Source: an uncultured bacterium
GTDB taxonomy: Bacteria; Zixibacteria; MSB-5A5; CAIYYT01
Assembly: GCA_963726455.1 (NCBI GenBank)
Contig: CAVSCK010000004.1
Coordinates: 832,001-896,000, forward strand
Reading direction: 5' to 3'
Length of the DNA stretch: 64,000 bases
The position numbers and the translations under genes were made by a program. Numbering within the stretch: position 1 is the stretch's first letter; each line of letters opens with the position of its first letter. Below are positions 8,433 through 19,711 of this stretch, in pieces. The notes beneath the pieces are model-generated. The model searched no databases. It was not told where the DNA came from and was given only the letters and a program-made list of their open reading frames with translations.

Positions 8433-11210
8433 CTATTTGAGCAGCGTCATCTTCCTAGTTTCAGAATAGTCGCCTGCCTGAAGTCGGTAGAAGTATATGC
8501 CGCTGGCGACCGACGTTCCTTCGGACGACCTGCCGTCCCACGTGACCGTGTGAGTTCCTGCGACTTGATAATCATCGACAAGAGTCCGCACTTGCTGTCC
8601 GAGCGTGTTGAGGACTGTCAGCTTGACCGGTTCTGACGCTCGCAAAGAATAGCGAATGACAGTCTCGGGATTGAAGGGATTTGGGTAATTCTGCTCCAAG
8701 TCGAACTGCTTCGGCAGCGTGGCCTCGGTTCCACCAACGTCGGTCGAAGTATACTGGCTGTGATTGAGGAAGACGTCAAACCCGCGACCGAGATTGCGGT
8801 TGTCAATCCAGGTACCGAAGACAAAGCCGTTGTTCAACACGGCTACCGGCTGCTGCTCCAGAACCGGACTGGCAAACGATGACATGGGTGTATTGATGCC
8901 GATATGGTTGCCGTCCTCGCGCATTACTTGAAAGTAACCGCGACGAATTCCCGACCTTTGATCACTCCACGACACCACAATGCCGTCGTCGATATCACCA
9001 TTAGTTCGGACGTCGGCGAAATTCGCGCCGGTCACGTCGGAGACCTGAATATTGGCAAGTTCGAGATTTCCGTTGAATCCATAACGATACCATTTGATGA
9101 CGTCGCCGGTGCTCGTTGATAGAATTGCGGCAATGTAAAAGCTGCCCTTGAAGTCATGCACGAAGATGTCCCCGTCCAGAACCTTTACTTGTGTCGTGTC
9201 GATATCGAGCATATGCATGTCGCCGACAGGAAGACCGGTGGAATTGAATCTCTGGAAGTACAGCGTCTGATTGCTGCCGATGATGGACAGGAACGTCACT
9301 ACAAATGAGCCGTCACTGCGCGTACCGACGTGCGGGGCGAAACTTCCCGATGCACTCGGAACATCGGCGACAAGCTGGTTGGCTCCATCCGGAATGCCGG
9401 AGGTGTTATAACGTTGGATATAGATTTGCTTTTTGCCGGAACGCTCATCGGCCCACGCAATTTTGAAACTTCCGTCATTTCCTACCGCAATGTCTGGTTG
9501 TGATTTTGGCGCCGATGTACCATCGCTATTGACGATAAGATTAGCACCTGTCATTGAACCGTTACTGGCAACGCGCTGGGCAAATATGTTTCTGCCGGCA
9601 ATGCCGGTTGCGGTACGGTTATCTTCCCAGACTGCAACCATGGCGCCGTTCGTCGAGGTGCCGATACGCGGCGCCGCCTGCAGACTGTTGCCGGCATCGT
9701 CGTTGAGGCGTGTCGCCAATCCAATCGGCGAACCGGCAAGACTGATCCGCTGCAGGTAGATGTCACCCGCGTCATTCTTGCAGTCCTGCCAGACGATCGC
9801 GTTGGCCCCCTGCGGCAACCAACTCAGGTCGGGAGAATATTGCTGCGAGCCGGACTGATCGTCGTTGAGCAGCAGATTAGGCGCAACTCTGAGGAATGTG
9901 GGATCGAGACGTTGCAGGAAAATATCGGCGTTGCCGTTGCGGTAGTCGGTCCAGATGGCATTGACGCCGGTCAGTCGGAAAGCGAGGGCCGGAAAATTGC
10001 GTTCTTCCAACACTCCTGCATCTTGAAGAGTTACGTTTGTACCGGAGAGTTTGCCGAGCTTGTTCACTTTCTGCAGCACTATCGTCGCGGTTGAGTCGTA
10101 ATTTGCAAAGATGCAGCCAACACCGGAATCCGGGGTTGTCGCAAACCGCAGATCCCAGCAGATATCGGCGAGAGAACTATTGACGCGGAAACTCGTATCC
10201 ATCGGCACGGACGACGCCGAGATCACCTGTGCGTACGCGCTCTGTCCGGCGTAGCGAGTCGATATCCATCCCGCGAGATAACCCTTGCCGGGAATGAATC
10301 TGACCTGGGAATTGAACTGTATGTCGGCCGGGAAATTTGATTCCAACATCATATCAGAATAGATAGGCGTGCCGTCGTTCTTGAGGATGCGGAAGTAGAC
10401 GTGTTGATTTGCGTCGCGGGCGTCCTCCCAGACAACGGCGAAGGTGGTATCGCCACTGGCTCCGATATCGGGTGAACGGCGGTACGGCGAGGTCACCGAA
10501 TTGTTGACCTGGAAATTGCTGCCGATAAGATTGCCGGCGTCATCGAAAGTCTGACCGAAAATATTCGCGCCACTGCGAGCGTCTTCCCAAACGGCAGCGA
10601 ATCGGCTGTTGGCAAGCGCGGCGACGACAGGCAGGTTGACCGAGTTTGTGGTCAGGTTGTCATTGAGCTTCACTCGATTTGTAAGCGCCGTCAGACTGCT
10701 GTTAAAGATCATTGCATAGATAGAGCCCGATTCGCCCTCGGACCAGACGATTGCCATTTTACCGGCGGCGTTCACCGCGAGTCGCGGTTGTCGTTGCGAA
10801 AAGTAAGTAGCGCTGTGAATCAGTCGAATATTTGACCCCGAAGGAATACCAGACGACGTCAGTCCCTGGGCATAGATTTCCCATTCGCCGTTGCGTTCAT
10901 CTTCCCAAACAGCCACGCCTTTGCCATCGGGAAAATAAGCGATGTCGCTGTACTGCTGCCTGAATGTCGCCGTGCCATCGTCGTTGTTAACTTTGATATC
11001 AGCGGCAGCCGGACTATAGGATTTCGGGAAGAGATTTGGAGACTCGATCGTGGTCAGGAATTCATCGGTGCGAGGAATCTCGGCAGACTGCTGCTGCCAA
11101 CGCTCCCACCGTTGCTTGAGGACGGCTGAATTGTCGGCGTAAAGACTTGAGACAAAGATCAGCAGGTTCGCGAATAATGTGATCGTGGCGATTCGTCTGT
11201 GGTGTCTCAA
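8433..11210 (-). CDS. Secreted beta-repeat protein with T9SS/FlgD-Ig-type C-terminal sorting domain
   Basis: TTG start after AGGAGGGA; repeated 'VWEDxRxG..IF/YxQ...G.N..VN' units; 'LEQNYPNPFNPET...SGIYFYRL...RKMTLLK'. Confidence 0.8.
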   Translation of the reverse strand: MRHHRRIATITLFANLLIFVSSLYADNSAVLKQRWERWQQQSAEIPRTDEFLTTIESPNLFPKSYSPAAADIKVNNDDGTATFRQQYSDIAYFPDGKGVAVWEDERNGEWEIYAQGLTSSGIPSGSNIRLIHSATYFSQRQPRLAVNAAGKMAIVWSEGESGSIYAMIFNSSLTALTNRVKLNDNLTTNSVNLPVVAALANSRFAAVWEDARSGANIFGQTFDDAGNLIGSNFQVNNSVTSPYRRSPDIGASGDTTFAVVWEDARDANQHVYFRILKNDGTPIYSDMMLESNFPADIQFNSQVRFIPGKGYLAGWISTRYAGQSAYAQVISASSVPMDTSFRVNSSLADICWDLRFATTPDSGVGCIFANYDSTATIVLQKVNKLGKLSGTNVTLQDAGVLEERNFPALAFRLTGVNAIWTDYRNGNADIFLQRLDPTFLRVAPNLLLNDDQSGSQQYSPDLSWLPQGANAIVWQDCKNDAGDIYLQRISLAGSPIGLATRLNDDAGNSLQAAPRIGTSTNGAMVAVWEDNRTATGIAGRNIFAQRVASNGSMTGANLIVNSDGTSAPKSQPDIAVGNDGSFKIAWADERSGKKQIYIQRYNTSGIPDGANQLVADVPSASGSFAPHVGTRSDGSFVVTFLSIIGSNQTLYFQRFNSTGLPVGDMHMLDIDTTQVKVLDGDIFVHDFKGSFYIAAILSTSTGDVIKWYRYGFNGNLELANIQVSDVTGANFADVRTNGDIDDGIVVSWSDQRSGIRRGYFQVMREDGNHIGINTPMSSFASPVLEQQPVAVLNNGFVFGTWIDNRNLGRGFDVFLNHSQYTSTDVGGTEATLPKQFDLEQNYPNPFNPETVIRYSLRASEPVKLTVLNTLGQQVRTLVDDYQVAGTHTVTWDGRSSEGTSVASGIYFYRLQAGDYSETRKMTLLK

Positions 11211-11239
11211 AATCCCTCCTTCCATTCCGGAGGGTAGTG

Positions 11240-11256
11240 CGCAAACGGTGTGCCGA
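11240..11256 (-). promoter_or_regulatory. Putative sigma-54 (-24/-12) promoter
   Basis: Minus strand TCGGCAC-ACCGT-TTGCG (GG-N10-GC), about 30 nt before the start of the CTD-tagged gene. Confidence 0.55.
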
Positions 11257-11686
11257 TTGGGTTCGCTTGCCCGTATCTGCTGTTCAAATCTGAGGCAAAT
11301 AAACGCGGGGAAAATTCCAGAGAACCGGTCAAGGTATCTTCTTGACGTCCATGATAGTAGCGATAGGCAACCGGAATGAGCCAGTTCATTCGATAGTTAT
11401 ACGCGCCAGAATTGCTTCTGCCCAATCTTGGACACGGGATGTCGGGTTCATAAGATGAGCAAGCTTTTGCAGAAACTGGAGCAGGACACTCGCTGGATAA
11501 CCTTCCGATCTCGACCGCAGGAACAGAAAGTGGAACTTAAACAGAACATCGTAACAAATTACCATGTCACAAGTTACGTGACAATAGAAATCGGCCACAG
11601 CCGGTTGATTTTTGTTGACCGATACAGGTCTAACCCACACATTGACGCAACGTTTGAAGGGGCAATCGGTAAAACAACGAGAGAAG

Positions 11687-13792
11687 ATGTTTGATTTTCG
11701 AGATATCAGGTTCCCGGTAAAGTACTATCTGGTGCTGGCGCTACTGGTGCTGGTCGGGATATCGGTGGCGGTGTCGCTGGGCTATGCCTACAAGAACGAG
11801 CTACCGTCGATTGAACAGATCTACAATATCGAACCGCCGGTAGTCACTACCATATATGATCGCAATGGCGTGGTGCTCCAGAAATTCCATTACGAGAACC
11901 GAATTCTGGTGCCTTATAACAAGATCCCGCCATACGTAATCCAGGCACTGATTGCCACCGAGGATGACAAGTTCTATCAGCATTGGGGAGTTGAATGGCG
12001 CGGTGTTATGCGGGCCTTGTTCCGGAACGTGTTTTTCGGATTCGGTTCCGGGGGCGGCTCAACGATAACGCAGCAGCTTGCGCGTATGCTATTTCTCAAT
12101 CGCGAAATTTCGATGGAGCGCAAGTTCAAAGAGGCGCTGACGGCACTGAAGATCGAGCGCACGTACTCCAAGGATGAAATTCTGGAGATGTATCTCAACC
12201 TCTATTACTTCGGCAACTCAGCGTACGGAATAGAGACGGCGGCGCGAAACTATTTCAATAAGAACACCGAAGCGCTCACGATCGAGGAAGGCGCACTACT
12301 GGTGGCGATCGTAAATGCGCCGTCGCGGTATTCCCCTATTGATCATCCCGATCGCGCGCTGCAACGACGAAACTACGTGCTAGGCCGAATGGAGTCGGAA
12401 GGATACATCAGCAAGGATATGGCCGACAGTCTGCGGAACATTCCGATCAAGCTGGATCTCTCACAGAATGCCACCGGCGCGGCGCCCTATTTTACCGAGA
12501 TGGTACGTCAATACCTGACCGACAAATATGGCGACGAGCAGTTCTACAAGGGCGGGTTGAACGTATACACAACGTTGGATTCGCGCCTGCAAAAGATAGC
12601 CGAGCACTCACTGAAGATTCAACTTGATTCGATTCAGACAAGAATCGAACGCACCAAGTGGCTGGGCAATCCGGAATATTCGGTAGTAGTCTACGACAGC
12701 CTGAAGCACAAGAAAGCGTATCAGTTCAAGCAGATTCAAGGCGCCTTTGTAGGGATTGACAATGAGACCGGCGACATACTCACACTGATCGGCGGCAAGG
12801 ATTTCGGCAAATACAAGTTCAATCGTGCGGTGCAAGCCAAGCGTCAGCCCGGTTCGGCATTCAAGCCCTTCGTGTACACCGAGGCGATGGCGCAGGGCTA
12901 TCATCCTTGTGATATCTTCTACGACACACCGATCGTGCTTACGATACCCGGATCGACGGAATGGAGCCCACAGAATTTCGATAATGAGTTTCAGGGCGCC
13001 ATGTCGTTGCGTACCGGTCTGGCGCGGTCGCGAAACCTCATTGCCATCAAGCTCTTGCAAATGGTGGGCGCCAAGCCGGTGATTGAGATTGCGCACAAGA
13101 TGGGAATTCGCAGCACGCTGACACCGAATCCGTCACTGGCCATCGGTACTTCCGAAGTGACGGTCTTGGAGCTGGTAAGTGCGTACTCTTGTTTTCCCAA
13201 CGGCGGCATTCATGTCGAACCGCGTTTTATCACGAAGGTCGTGGATCGCTACGGCAACCTGCTGGAGGAAAACAGCTCTTCAACTCGCCAGGTGGCCATT
13301 CCGCCGGCGGTTGACTACATGACTGTCAGCATGATGCAGTCGGTCATGGATGATTCGGGAGCGACGGGAGCCGGCGCGAGATCACGCGGTTTCTATCGCC
13401 CCGCCGGTGGCAAGACCGGAACATCGGACAATTTCTGTGATGCCTGGTTTGTCGGCTACACGGCACAAGTGACGGCCGGCTGCTGGATTGGATTTGATGA
13501 CAAGACGTCGCTGGGGCATAATCAGACGGGCAGCATGAATGCGCTGCCGATCTGGACCGACTTTATGACGGCGGCAGTCGATTCACTTCCGATTGAGAAT
13601 TTTGTCGAGCCGCCCGGTATTGTGCATGATACGGTGTGCGTCGAATCGGGCAAGCTGGCGACTCCGTTTTGTCCGCGAACGCGCGACGAGATATTCCTGG
13701 GTGACTTCACGATCAAGGAAAAATGCCCATTGCACAAGCGGCGAGCGGAGATCGGCGAACCGCAAAGGTTAGCAGCTTCAAGCAATCATTAG
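11687..13792 (+). CDS. mrcA: Class A penicillin-binding protein 1A
   Basis: GT51 motifs EDDKFYQHWG, GGSTITQQL, RKFKE, KDEILEMYLN; transpeptidase SAFK, SRN, KTG. Confidence 0.93.
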   Translation: MFDFRDIRFPVKYYLVLALLVLVGISVAVSLGYAYKNELPSIEQIYNIEPPVVTTIYDRNGVVLQKFHYENRILVPYNKIPPYVIQALIATEDDKFYQHWGVEWRGVMRALFRNVFFGFGSGGGSTITQQLARMLFLNREISMERKFKEALTALKIERTYSKDEILEMYLNLYYFGNSAYGIETAARNYFNKNTEALTIEEGALLVAIVNAPSRYSPIDHPDRALQRRNYVLGRMESEGYISKDMADSLRNIPIKLDLSQNATGAAPYFTEMVRQYLTDKYGDEQFYKGGLNVYTTLDSRLQKIAEHSLKIQLDSIQTRIERTKWLGNPEYSVVVYDSLKHKKAYQFKQIQGAFVGIDNETGDILTLIGGKDFGKYKFNRAVQAKRQPGSAFKPFVYTEAMAQGYHPCDIFYDTPIVLTIPGSTEWSPQNFDNEFQGAMSLRTGLARSRNLIAIKLLQMVGAKPVIEIAHKMGIRSTLTPNPSLAIGTSEVTVLELVSAYSCFPNGGIHVEPRFITKVVDRYGNLLEENSSSTRQVAIPPAVDYMTVSMMQSVMDDSGATGAGARSRGFYRPAGGKTGTSDNFCDAWFVGYTAQVTAGCWIGFDDKTSLGHNQTGSMNALPIWTDFMTAAVDSLPIENFVEPPGIVHDTVCVESGKLATPFCPRTRDEIFLGDFTIKEKCPLHKRRAEIGEPQRLAASSNH

Positions 13793-13845
13793 TGCGTTAT
13801 GTATCTGCAAGGCGGGGGCGTTCGAATGATATCGAGCTCACAATT

Positions 13846-15087
13846 TCATTCGTAATGCAGACTGATGATCGGATCGACCGACGCTGCGCGATAAGCAGGT
13901 ATCACGCCGGCAGCAAGGCCAATACCCACGGAAAGTGAGAAGGCCACGATAATGCCGAGAATCGGAACGACCATGGGCAAGGGTGAGACAGCAGATATGA
14001 TGAACGCCGCCAACAATCCAAACACAATTCCTATGACACCTCCGGTGCCGGACAGCGTCATCGCCTCCACAAGGAACTGGAAGAAGACATTGGCGCGGCG
14101 CGCGCCGATGGCTTTGCGAACGCCAATTTCGCGCGTTCGCTCCGTGACGGAAACCAACATGATATTGAGCACACCGATTCCACCGACCAGCAAACCGACC
14201 GCCGAAATCGAAATCATCGCAACCCAGATTCCTTTGGTAATATCCTTGTACCAACCGAGAATCGATTCCTGGGTAGCCATTGCGAAGTCGTCCGGATCGC
14301 TGTACTTAACGCCCCGCAACCGCCGTAACGCCTGACGAATTTCATCTTGGGCCGGATTCATCAATTCGGCCGTGCGGGCTCTAACCGCAAGAAATAGTTC
14401 CTTCTCCCAAGGGAAAAGCTTGTGGAATGTACCATACGGGAGAATGACCATGTTGTCTTGACCTTCGCCGAAGGTGGTCTTGCGTTTTTCCATAACTCCG
14501 ACCACTCTCAGTCTGACGTTGTTAAACAGAATTTGCTCTCCAACCGGATCATTGCGAGTGAAGAGGGTCGTTGCCAGATCGGATCCAATTACGCACACCA
14601 TGGCGCGATGGCGATCCTCGGATTCCAGGAAGAAACGTCCTTTGGCGACATAGTGATTATTGACCAGTGGATAATCGACGCTGGTGCCGAACAGATTGGT
14701 ACTCCGCGAAGTGTTTTCCTTATACTTGGCAACATTTCCGCCAGGGCGCCAATAGTGATTCTGCGGCGCCACGCCGTCGACCGACGGGCACAATTCCGTG
14801 ATGACATTGGCTTCCGCCAGCGTGATCGGCTCGCGATTGCGTTCCTTGTCGGTGAGTTCGTCCCAGTTCGTGTTGAATGGATACTTCGTAATGTAAATGA
14901 CATTGGAACCCATCGCTTGAATGTCGGTAGCAACAGCCGAATTCAGCCCCTGGATCAGTGCCACCATGGCAATCACCGAACTGACGCCGATCATTACTCC
15001 GAGAATGGTCATGAAGGCGCGAAACTTGTTCGAGCGAATCGAATCAAATGCGAGAATGATGCCTTCTTTGGTTTCGAAAATATTCAT
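13846..15087 (-). CDS. MacB/YknZ-like ABC transporter permease
   Basis: '[28 protein letters not shown]', 'DPIISLHYE'. Confidence 0.92.
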   Translation of the reverse strand: MNIFETKEGIILAFDSIRSNKFRAFMTILGVMIGVSSVIAMVALIQGLNSAVATDIQAMGSNVIYITKYPFNTNWDELTDKERNREPITLAEANVITELCPSVDGVAPQNHYWRPGGNVAKYKENTSRSTNLFGTSVDYPLVNNHYVAKGRFFLESEDRHRAMVCVIGSDLATTLFTRNDPVGEQILFNNVRLRVVGVMEKRKTTFGEGQDNMVILPYGTFHKLFPWEKELFLAVRARTAELMNPAQDEIRQALRRLRGVKYSDPDDFAMATQESILGWYKDITKGIWVAMISISAVGLLVGGIGVLNIMLVSVTERTREIGVRKAIGARRANVFFQFLVEAMTLSGTGGVIGIVFGLLAAFIISAVSPLPMVVPILGIIVAFSLSVGIGLAAGVIPAYRAASVDPIISLHYE

Positions 15088-16304
15088 GATTCAAACCGCA
15101 GCGCTTCGATCGGATCAAGCCGGGCCGCCTTCCATGCCGGATATATACCGAACACGAGACCGATAACTGTGGGAATAGTAAATCCGGTAACGACCGCCAG
15201 GACCGAGATTACAAACGGCAGCCCCATGTAGCCGGACGCAATGCTGGAAATACCCAACCCCCCCGCGAGTCCTAACACTCCTCCGAGCAGGCACATCATC
15301 AAGGCCTCCAGCAGGAACTGTCCCAGAACATGTCTGCTGCGAGCTCCCACCGCTTTGCGAATTCCGATTTCGCGCGTTCTTTCCGTCACCGACACCATCA
15401 TGATGTTCATGACGACGATACCGGCAACGACGATAGAAATAAACGGAATCGAAACAGTCACGAGACGCGCCGTTCCAGTGAAATTATCCACAAAGCCCAT
15501 CACCGCCTCTTTGGTAATCAGGGCGAAGTCATCGGGATCGTGATAAGACGTATGACGACGGGCGCGCATGATGGCGCGAATCTGATCCATACCCTGATCC
15601 ATGCTCGACTCGGATCGCATCTTGACCAGGATGCTGATATCCTGATGCATTCCCGTCATTTTCAACATGGTCTGAGCCGGCAGATAGACATACCTGTCGA
15701 GGTTCTCCCCCATAACCGAGCCCTTCTTGGCGCCGATTCCAATGATTGTGAACTTCTCGTCACCGACGATAATCTCTTTGTCCAACGGGTCTTCGTAGGG
15801 AAACAGCTTGTCCTTGACCTCCTGGCCGATAACCGCCACCTTCCGTCGGTGCTCATCATCCATTTCCGTAAAGAAACGTCCTTCCGCAATATCCAGATTG
15901 TAGATTCGCGACACGCTGGCCGAGTACCCCACTACCGAAATGGCGTAAAGCGGTTTGTTTCCCCGTTTGATATTCCTGACGTGCCCTTCAATGGCCAGAC
16001 CTGTTGCCTCGGCAAGCGTGCAGGAAATCTCAATGGCGCGGGCGTCCTCAACGGTGATCTGTTTTCGCTTGAGTGCTTTGATCCACTCATCGTGAGAGGT
16101 GATCATTCCAAAGCGGGTCACTGCGACAGTCGAAGCGCCCATCTCATCAAAGATGCTGGTGATACGCAACATCATACCATCGAGCGTCGAAATGATGGCA
16201 ATTACCGAAGCGACGCCGATCACGACACCAATTACGGTGAGCACCGTGCGGAGTTTGTGCGACCAGAGCGCCGCCAATGCCAATTTCAGGTTCTCAAAAA
16301 TCAT
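15084..16304 (-). CDS. MacB/YknZ-like ABC transporter permease (second paralogue)
   Basis: '[23 protein letters not shown]', 'DPIEALRFE'. Confidence 0.92.
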   Translation of the reverse strand: MIFENLKLALAALWSHKLRTVLTVIGVVIGVASVIAIISTLDGMMLRITSIFDEMGASTVAVTRFGMITSHDEWIKALKRKQITVEDARAIEISCTLAEATGLAIEGHVRNIKRGNKPLYAISVVGYSASVSRIYNLDIAEGRFFTEMDDEHRRKVAVIGQEVKDKLFPYEDPLDKEIIVGDEKFTIIGIGAKKGSVMGENLDRYVYLPAQTMLKMTGMHQDISILVKMRSESSMDQGMDQIRAIMRARRHTSYHDPDDFALITKEAVMGFVDNFTGTARLVTVSIPFISIVVAGIVVMNIMMVSVTERTREIGIRKAVGARSRHVLGQFLLEALMMCLLGGVLGLAGGLGISSIASGYMGLPFVISVLAVVTGFTIPTVIGLVFGIYPAWKAARLDPIEALRFES

Positions 16305-16995
16305 TTATGGTAGCACTGGAAGTGATGACTTCTTTTTCGACTTGCCCATCGCGGATATGGATCACCCGGTTGGCGTGAAGCGCAATATCCGGCTCGTGCG
16401 TAACCACGATTATGGTATTCCCGTTGAGATGCAGACGCGCAAACAGCCCCATGATCTCGTCGCCAGTCTTAGTGTCGAGGTTGCCCGTCGGTTCGTCGGC
16501 CAGAATGATCGAGGGGTTGTTCACCAGCGCCCTAGCCACGGCGACTCGTTGTCTTTGACCGCCGGAAAGCTCATTCGGCTTGTGCATCATGCGATCGGCA
16601 AGGTCTACCTGCTCCAGAGCGTACTTGGCTTTTTCGATCCGGGTTTTGGAATCGGTGCCGTTATAGATCAACGGCAACTCGACATTGTGCAACGCCGTCG
16701 CTCTCGCCAGGAGATTGAACGTCTGGAACACGAAACCGATTTCACGATTGCGGATACGCGCCAGCTCGTCATCGTTCATGCTGGAAACCAGCTTGCCGTT
16801 GAGCACATAGCTACCCTGCGAGGGAGTATCGAGGCAACCGATCAAATTCATCAACGTGGATTTGCCTGAGCCGGAAGGTCCCATAATAGCGAGATATTCA
16901 CCCTTTGCGACGCTCAGATTAACCCCCCGAAGAGCGTGCAACTCCTCCACCCCCATCTTATAGGTCTTCCAGAGATTCTGTGTCTCGATCAGCAT
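16294..16995 (-). CDS. ABC transporter ATP-binding protein (MacB/YknY/LolD-like)
   Basis: Walker A GPSGSGKS, signature [16 protein letters not shown]. Confidence 0.95.
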   Translation of the reverse strand: MLIETQNLWKTYKMGVEELHALRGVNLSVAKGEYLAIMGPSGSGKSTLMNLIGCLDTPSQGSYVLNGKLVSSMNDDELARIRNREIGFVFQTFNLLARATALHNVELPLIYNGTDSKTRIEKAKYALEQVDLADRMMHKPNELSGGQRQRVAVARALVNNPSIILADEPTGNLDTKTGDEIMGLFARLHLNGNTIIVVTHEPDIALHANRVIHIRDGQVEKEVITSSATINDF

Positions 16996-18287
16996 TAGTC
17001 GGTCTTCTCTTCTTTGACAATCTCCTTGGTAACCTTCACCTTGGCACCGTCTTCGATAGTGCGTAAAGTCTTGTAGCTTCCGGTGACGATCTCGTCATTC
17101 TCGGCAAGACCTTCAGTGATTTCGATATTCTGTTGGTCGGCAATACCGGTTTTGATGGGCACGAACTTGACAACGTTCCCTGCTAATTTGAATATGCCCT
17201 CCAGCTCCTTCGGCTTTTTGTCATCCTTCTTTGAAGACTTCGTAGTATCGACCGTCGCCGCGACCGCGCCACCGGATGAACCGCTGTTACCGGCCGCTTT
17301 TTTGAGCGAGTCCGACTTGTCCGGACGCATTACCACTGCCTGAATCGGCACATAAAGCACGTCCTTGCGTTTATCAGTTGTGATATCAACCGTCGAAGTC
17401 ATTCCCGGCTTAATCCGCTCGACCTTGTCGAGCAGCAGAATCTTGACAGTGAAGTTGGTGACGCCGCTGGTGCCGGCGTTCTGCGCCGCATTACCCACTT
17501 CCGTAACAACACCTTTGAACGAAGTGTCTGGTAAAGCATCTAATTCAATCTTGGCGTCCTGACCGACCCGCACGCGGGCAATATCGGTCTCGTCAACATT
17601 CACTTCCACTTCGATCGTTGAAAGGTCCGCCACCGTCATGATGACGGTGCCAGCATTGTTCATCGTTCCCACCATAACGATTTCTCCAACCTCGGCATTG
17701 AGCGAGGTGATAGTTCCGTCGATGGGCGAAGTGATAATAGTTTTGCTGAAGCTATCGCGGATTTCATCCAGCGAGGCCTTTTGTTGCTTGGTGAAGAATT
17801 GGGCCGACTCGAGGTTCGCCTTGGCGACTTCCAGTTGTGTCTGCAACTGAGTGTAGTTCTCGTCGGAAATCAATTTGCCCGCATACAGCTTGTTGCCGCG
17901 CTCGTGCAATTGCTTTGCCTCAAGCAGGGAGGCCTCGGCGCGTTTCTCGGCCGATTTGGCGGCAGCCAGGGATGCCTCCGCCTGGCTTACGGCGGCCTGA
18001 TAACGTGTCTGATCCAGTTCGACCAGCACGTCGCCTTTCTTGACAAGGTCACCCTCCTTAACCGGAAGTGCGATAATCTTGGCCGCTACGTCGGCGGAGA
18101 TTTTGACGGTAGTTCGCGCCTGGACGGAGCCGGTCGCTGTCACCAGCGACACGATTTCACCCTTTCCCACCTTGCCGGATTGAACGGAATAGACCAAGCC
18201 GCTATCCCTGGTGGCGGCCAACACGATAATCGCGATGACAACTACTGCGCCCGCGACTATCAACCATAGCTTCTTCTTCTTACTCAT
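16995..18287 (-). CDS. Periplasmic adaptor (MacA/YknX-like membrane fusion protein)
   Basis: N-terminal TM, lipoyl-like '[13 protein letters not shown]', helical hairpin, 'SPIDGTI', 'KPGMT'. Confidence 0.92.
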   Translation of the reverse strand: MSKKKKLWLIVAGAVVVIAIIVLAATRDSGLVYSVQSGKVGKGEIVSLVTATGSVQARTTVKISADVAAKIIALPVKEGDLVKKGDVLVELDQTRYQAAVSQAEASLAAAKSAEKRAEASLLEAKQLHERGNKLYAGKLISDENYTQLQTQLEVAKANLESAQFFTKQQKASLDEIRDSFSKTIITSPIDGTITSLNAEVGEIVMVGTMNNAGTVIMTVADLSTIEVEVNVDETDIARVRVGQDAKIELDALPDTSFKGVVTEVGNAAQNAGTSGVTNFTVKILLLDKVERIKPGMTSTVDITTDKRKDVLYVPIQAVVMRPDKSDSLKKAAGNSGSSGGAVAATVDTTKSSKKDDKKPKELEGIFKLAGNVVKFVPIKTGIADQQNIEITEGLAENDEIVTGSYKTLRTIEDGAKVKVTKEIVKEEKTD

Positions 18288-18346
18288 TGTCGTTTTTGTT
18301 ATCTGAACCTCATGTTAGTGTTCTATTCCGTGGAGACGCGTTATCG

Positions 18347-19672
18347 CTACATTCTTCCCAGCGCCATTGTCATCGAGGCGACCGATACATTGAGTTGGTA
18401 AAGCGCCTGTACTTTCTGTGATTGGGCTTGGGTGAGAGATACTTGGGCATTCAACAGATCCAAAATCGAGGCCGCGCCAAGCCGGTACCTTTCCGACTGC
18501 AACTTCATGTCTTCCTCGGCGGATTGCTCGCCAAGAACAGCTGTCTGGTATTGAAGTTTGGCGGTCACAATATTCAAGTACGATTGACGCACCTGGAATA
18601 TCAAATTGTTGCGTTCGGCGCCATAGTTTTCGCGCTGCGTCTTCTCACTAAGTCTCGCGCGTGAATAGTCGGTTTTCTTGTGTAAGCCGTCGAACAGATC
18701 GTAGGTGATGTTGATGCCGAACGAGTAGGAAGCATTCTGCTTCTGGTAGGAAAACCATTCGGAACCGGTACGTGTCGACCAGCCCCAGCCAGCGCTGGCG
18801 CCGACTCTCGGAACCCAAGCCGATCTAGCTAACCACACTCCCGTCCGAGAAGCGTCATAATCATTCTGGCTCTTCTTGAGAGTCGGGTTATCGGAAACCG
18901 CAGTTTGGAGGCATTGATCCAAATCCATGGTGAAGTCGATTTCCGCCATCGAGTCGGCAGGGTCAATCGAAGTATTGACATCACGATTAAGCAGCAGGTT
19001 TAGACTGAACTCCGCGTTTCTGATGTCGTTCTGGCGCTGCAGTAACGTGACTGAATCCTGAGCCACAAGAACTTGGGCTTTCAGCTTGTCGGACAAAGAT
19101 GCTGAGCCAAGTTCGTACTTACTGGTGGTTACCTCGAGCTGCTTCTTGGAGCGTGCCAGCGCATCTTCCTGTACTTTGAGGAGCATCATGATCTGCAACA
19201 AGTTGTAGTAGGCCTGCTTAGCATTGAAAGCCGTGTTCTGAATGGTCGCTCTCATGCCGTTTTCAGACGATGATGACTGCAGCGAACTTTGCCGGATATT
19301 GAACCAGGTAGCGCCGCCATCGAAGAGAGTCATACCGAATGACAGCCCGGTTGAATAGTTGCGCGTGCCGGGGTTTACGATAGGCAGATTCGTGATCGGG
19401 TCCACGTTCTGTCCGTAGGATTTGCGAAATGAGTAGTTCGCACTGGTGGATGCCGTCGGCAAGGCGTTCATCCAGGAATCGAGCAGATTGTACTGAGATT
19501 GCCTGTAACCGTTTTGCGCCGAAATCACGCCGACATTCTGTACAATCGCTATGTCAACGCACTCCTTCAGGGATAGTTTCCCGTCTGCCGCAACTGCCGG
19601 ATTGTCCTGCAAAAGCAAGACAGCGAGCCCCGCGAAAAGTAGCATGCTTCCTATCTGTCCGATTCTTCCCAT
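18347..19672 (-). CDS. TolC-family outer-membrane efflux protein
   Basis: Two OEP repeats ('KYELGSAS', 'RYRLGAASILDLLNAQ'); signal peptide. Confidence 0.9.
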   Translation of the reverse strand: MGRIGQIGSMLLFAGLAVLLLQDNPAVAADGKLSLKECVDIAIVQNVGVISAQNGYRQSQYNLLDSWMNALPTASTSANYSFRKSYGQNVDPITNLPIVNPGTRNYSTGLSFGMTLFDGGATWFNIRQSSLQSSSSENGMRATIQNTAFNAKQAYYNLLQIMMLLKVQEDALARSKKQLEVTTSKYELGSASLSDKLKAQVLVAQDSVTLLQRQNDIRNAEFSLNLLLNRDVNTSIDPADSMAEIDFTMDLDQCLQTAVSDNPTLKKSQNDYDASRTGVWLARSAWVPRVGASAGWGWSTRTGSEWFSYQKQNASYSFGINITYDLFDGLHKKTDYSRARLSEKTQRENYGAERNNLIFQVRQSYLNIVTAKLQYQTAVLGEQSAEEDMKLQSERYRLGAASILDLLNAQVSLTQAQSQKVQALYQLNVSVASMTMALGRM

Positions 19673-19711
19673 TGATTACTCCTCAATAGCCAAAACGATG
19701 ATTCTGCAAAT

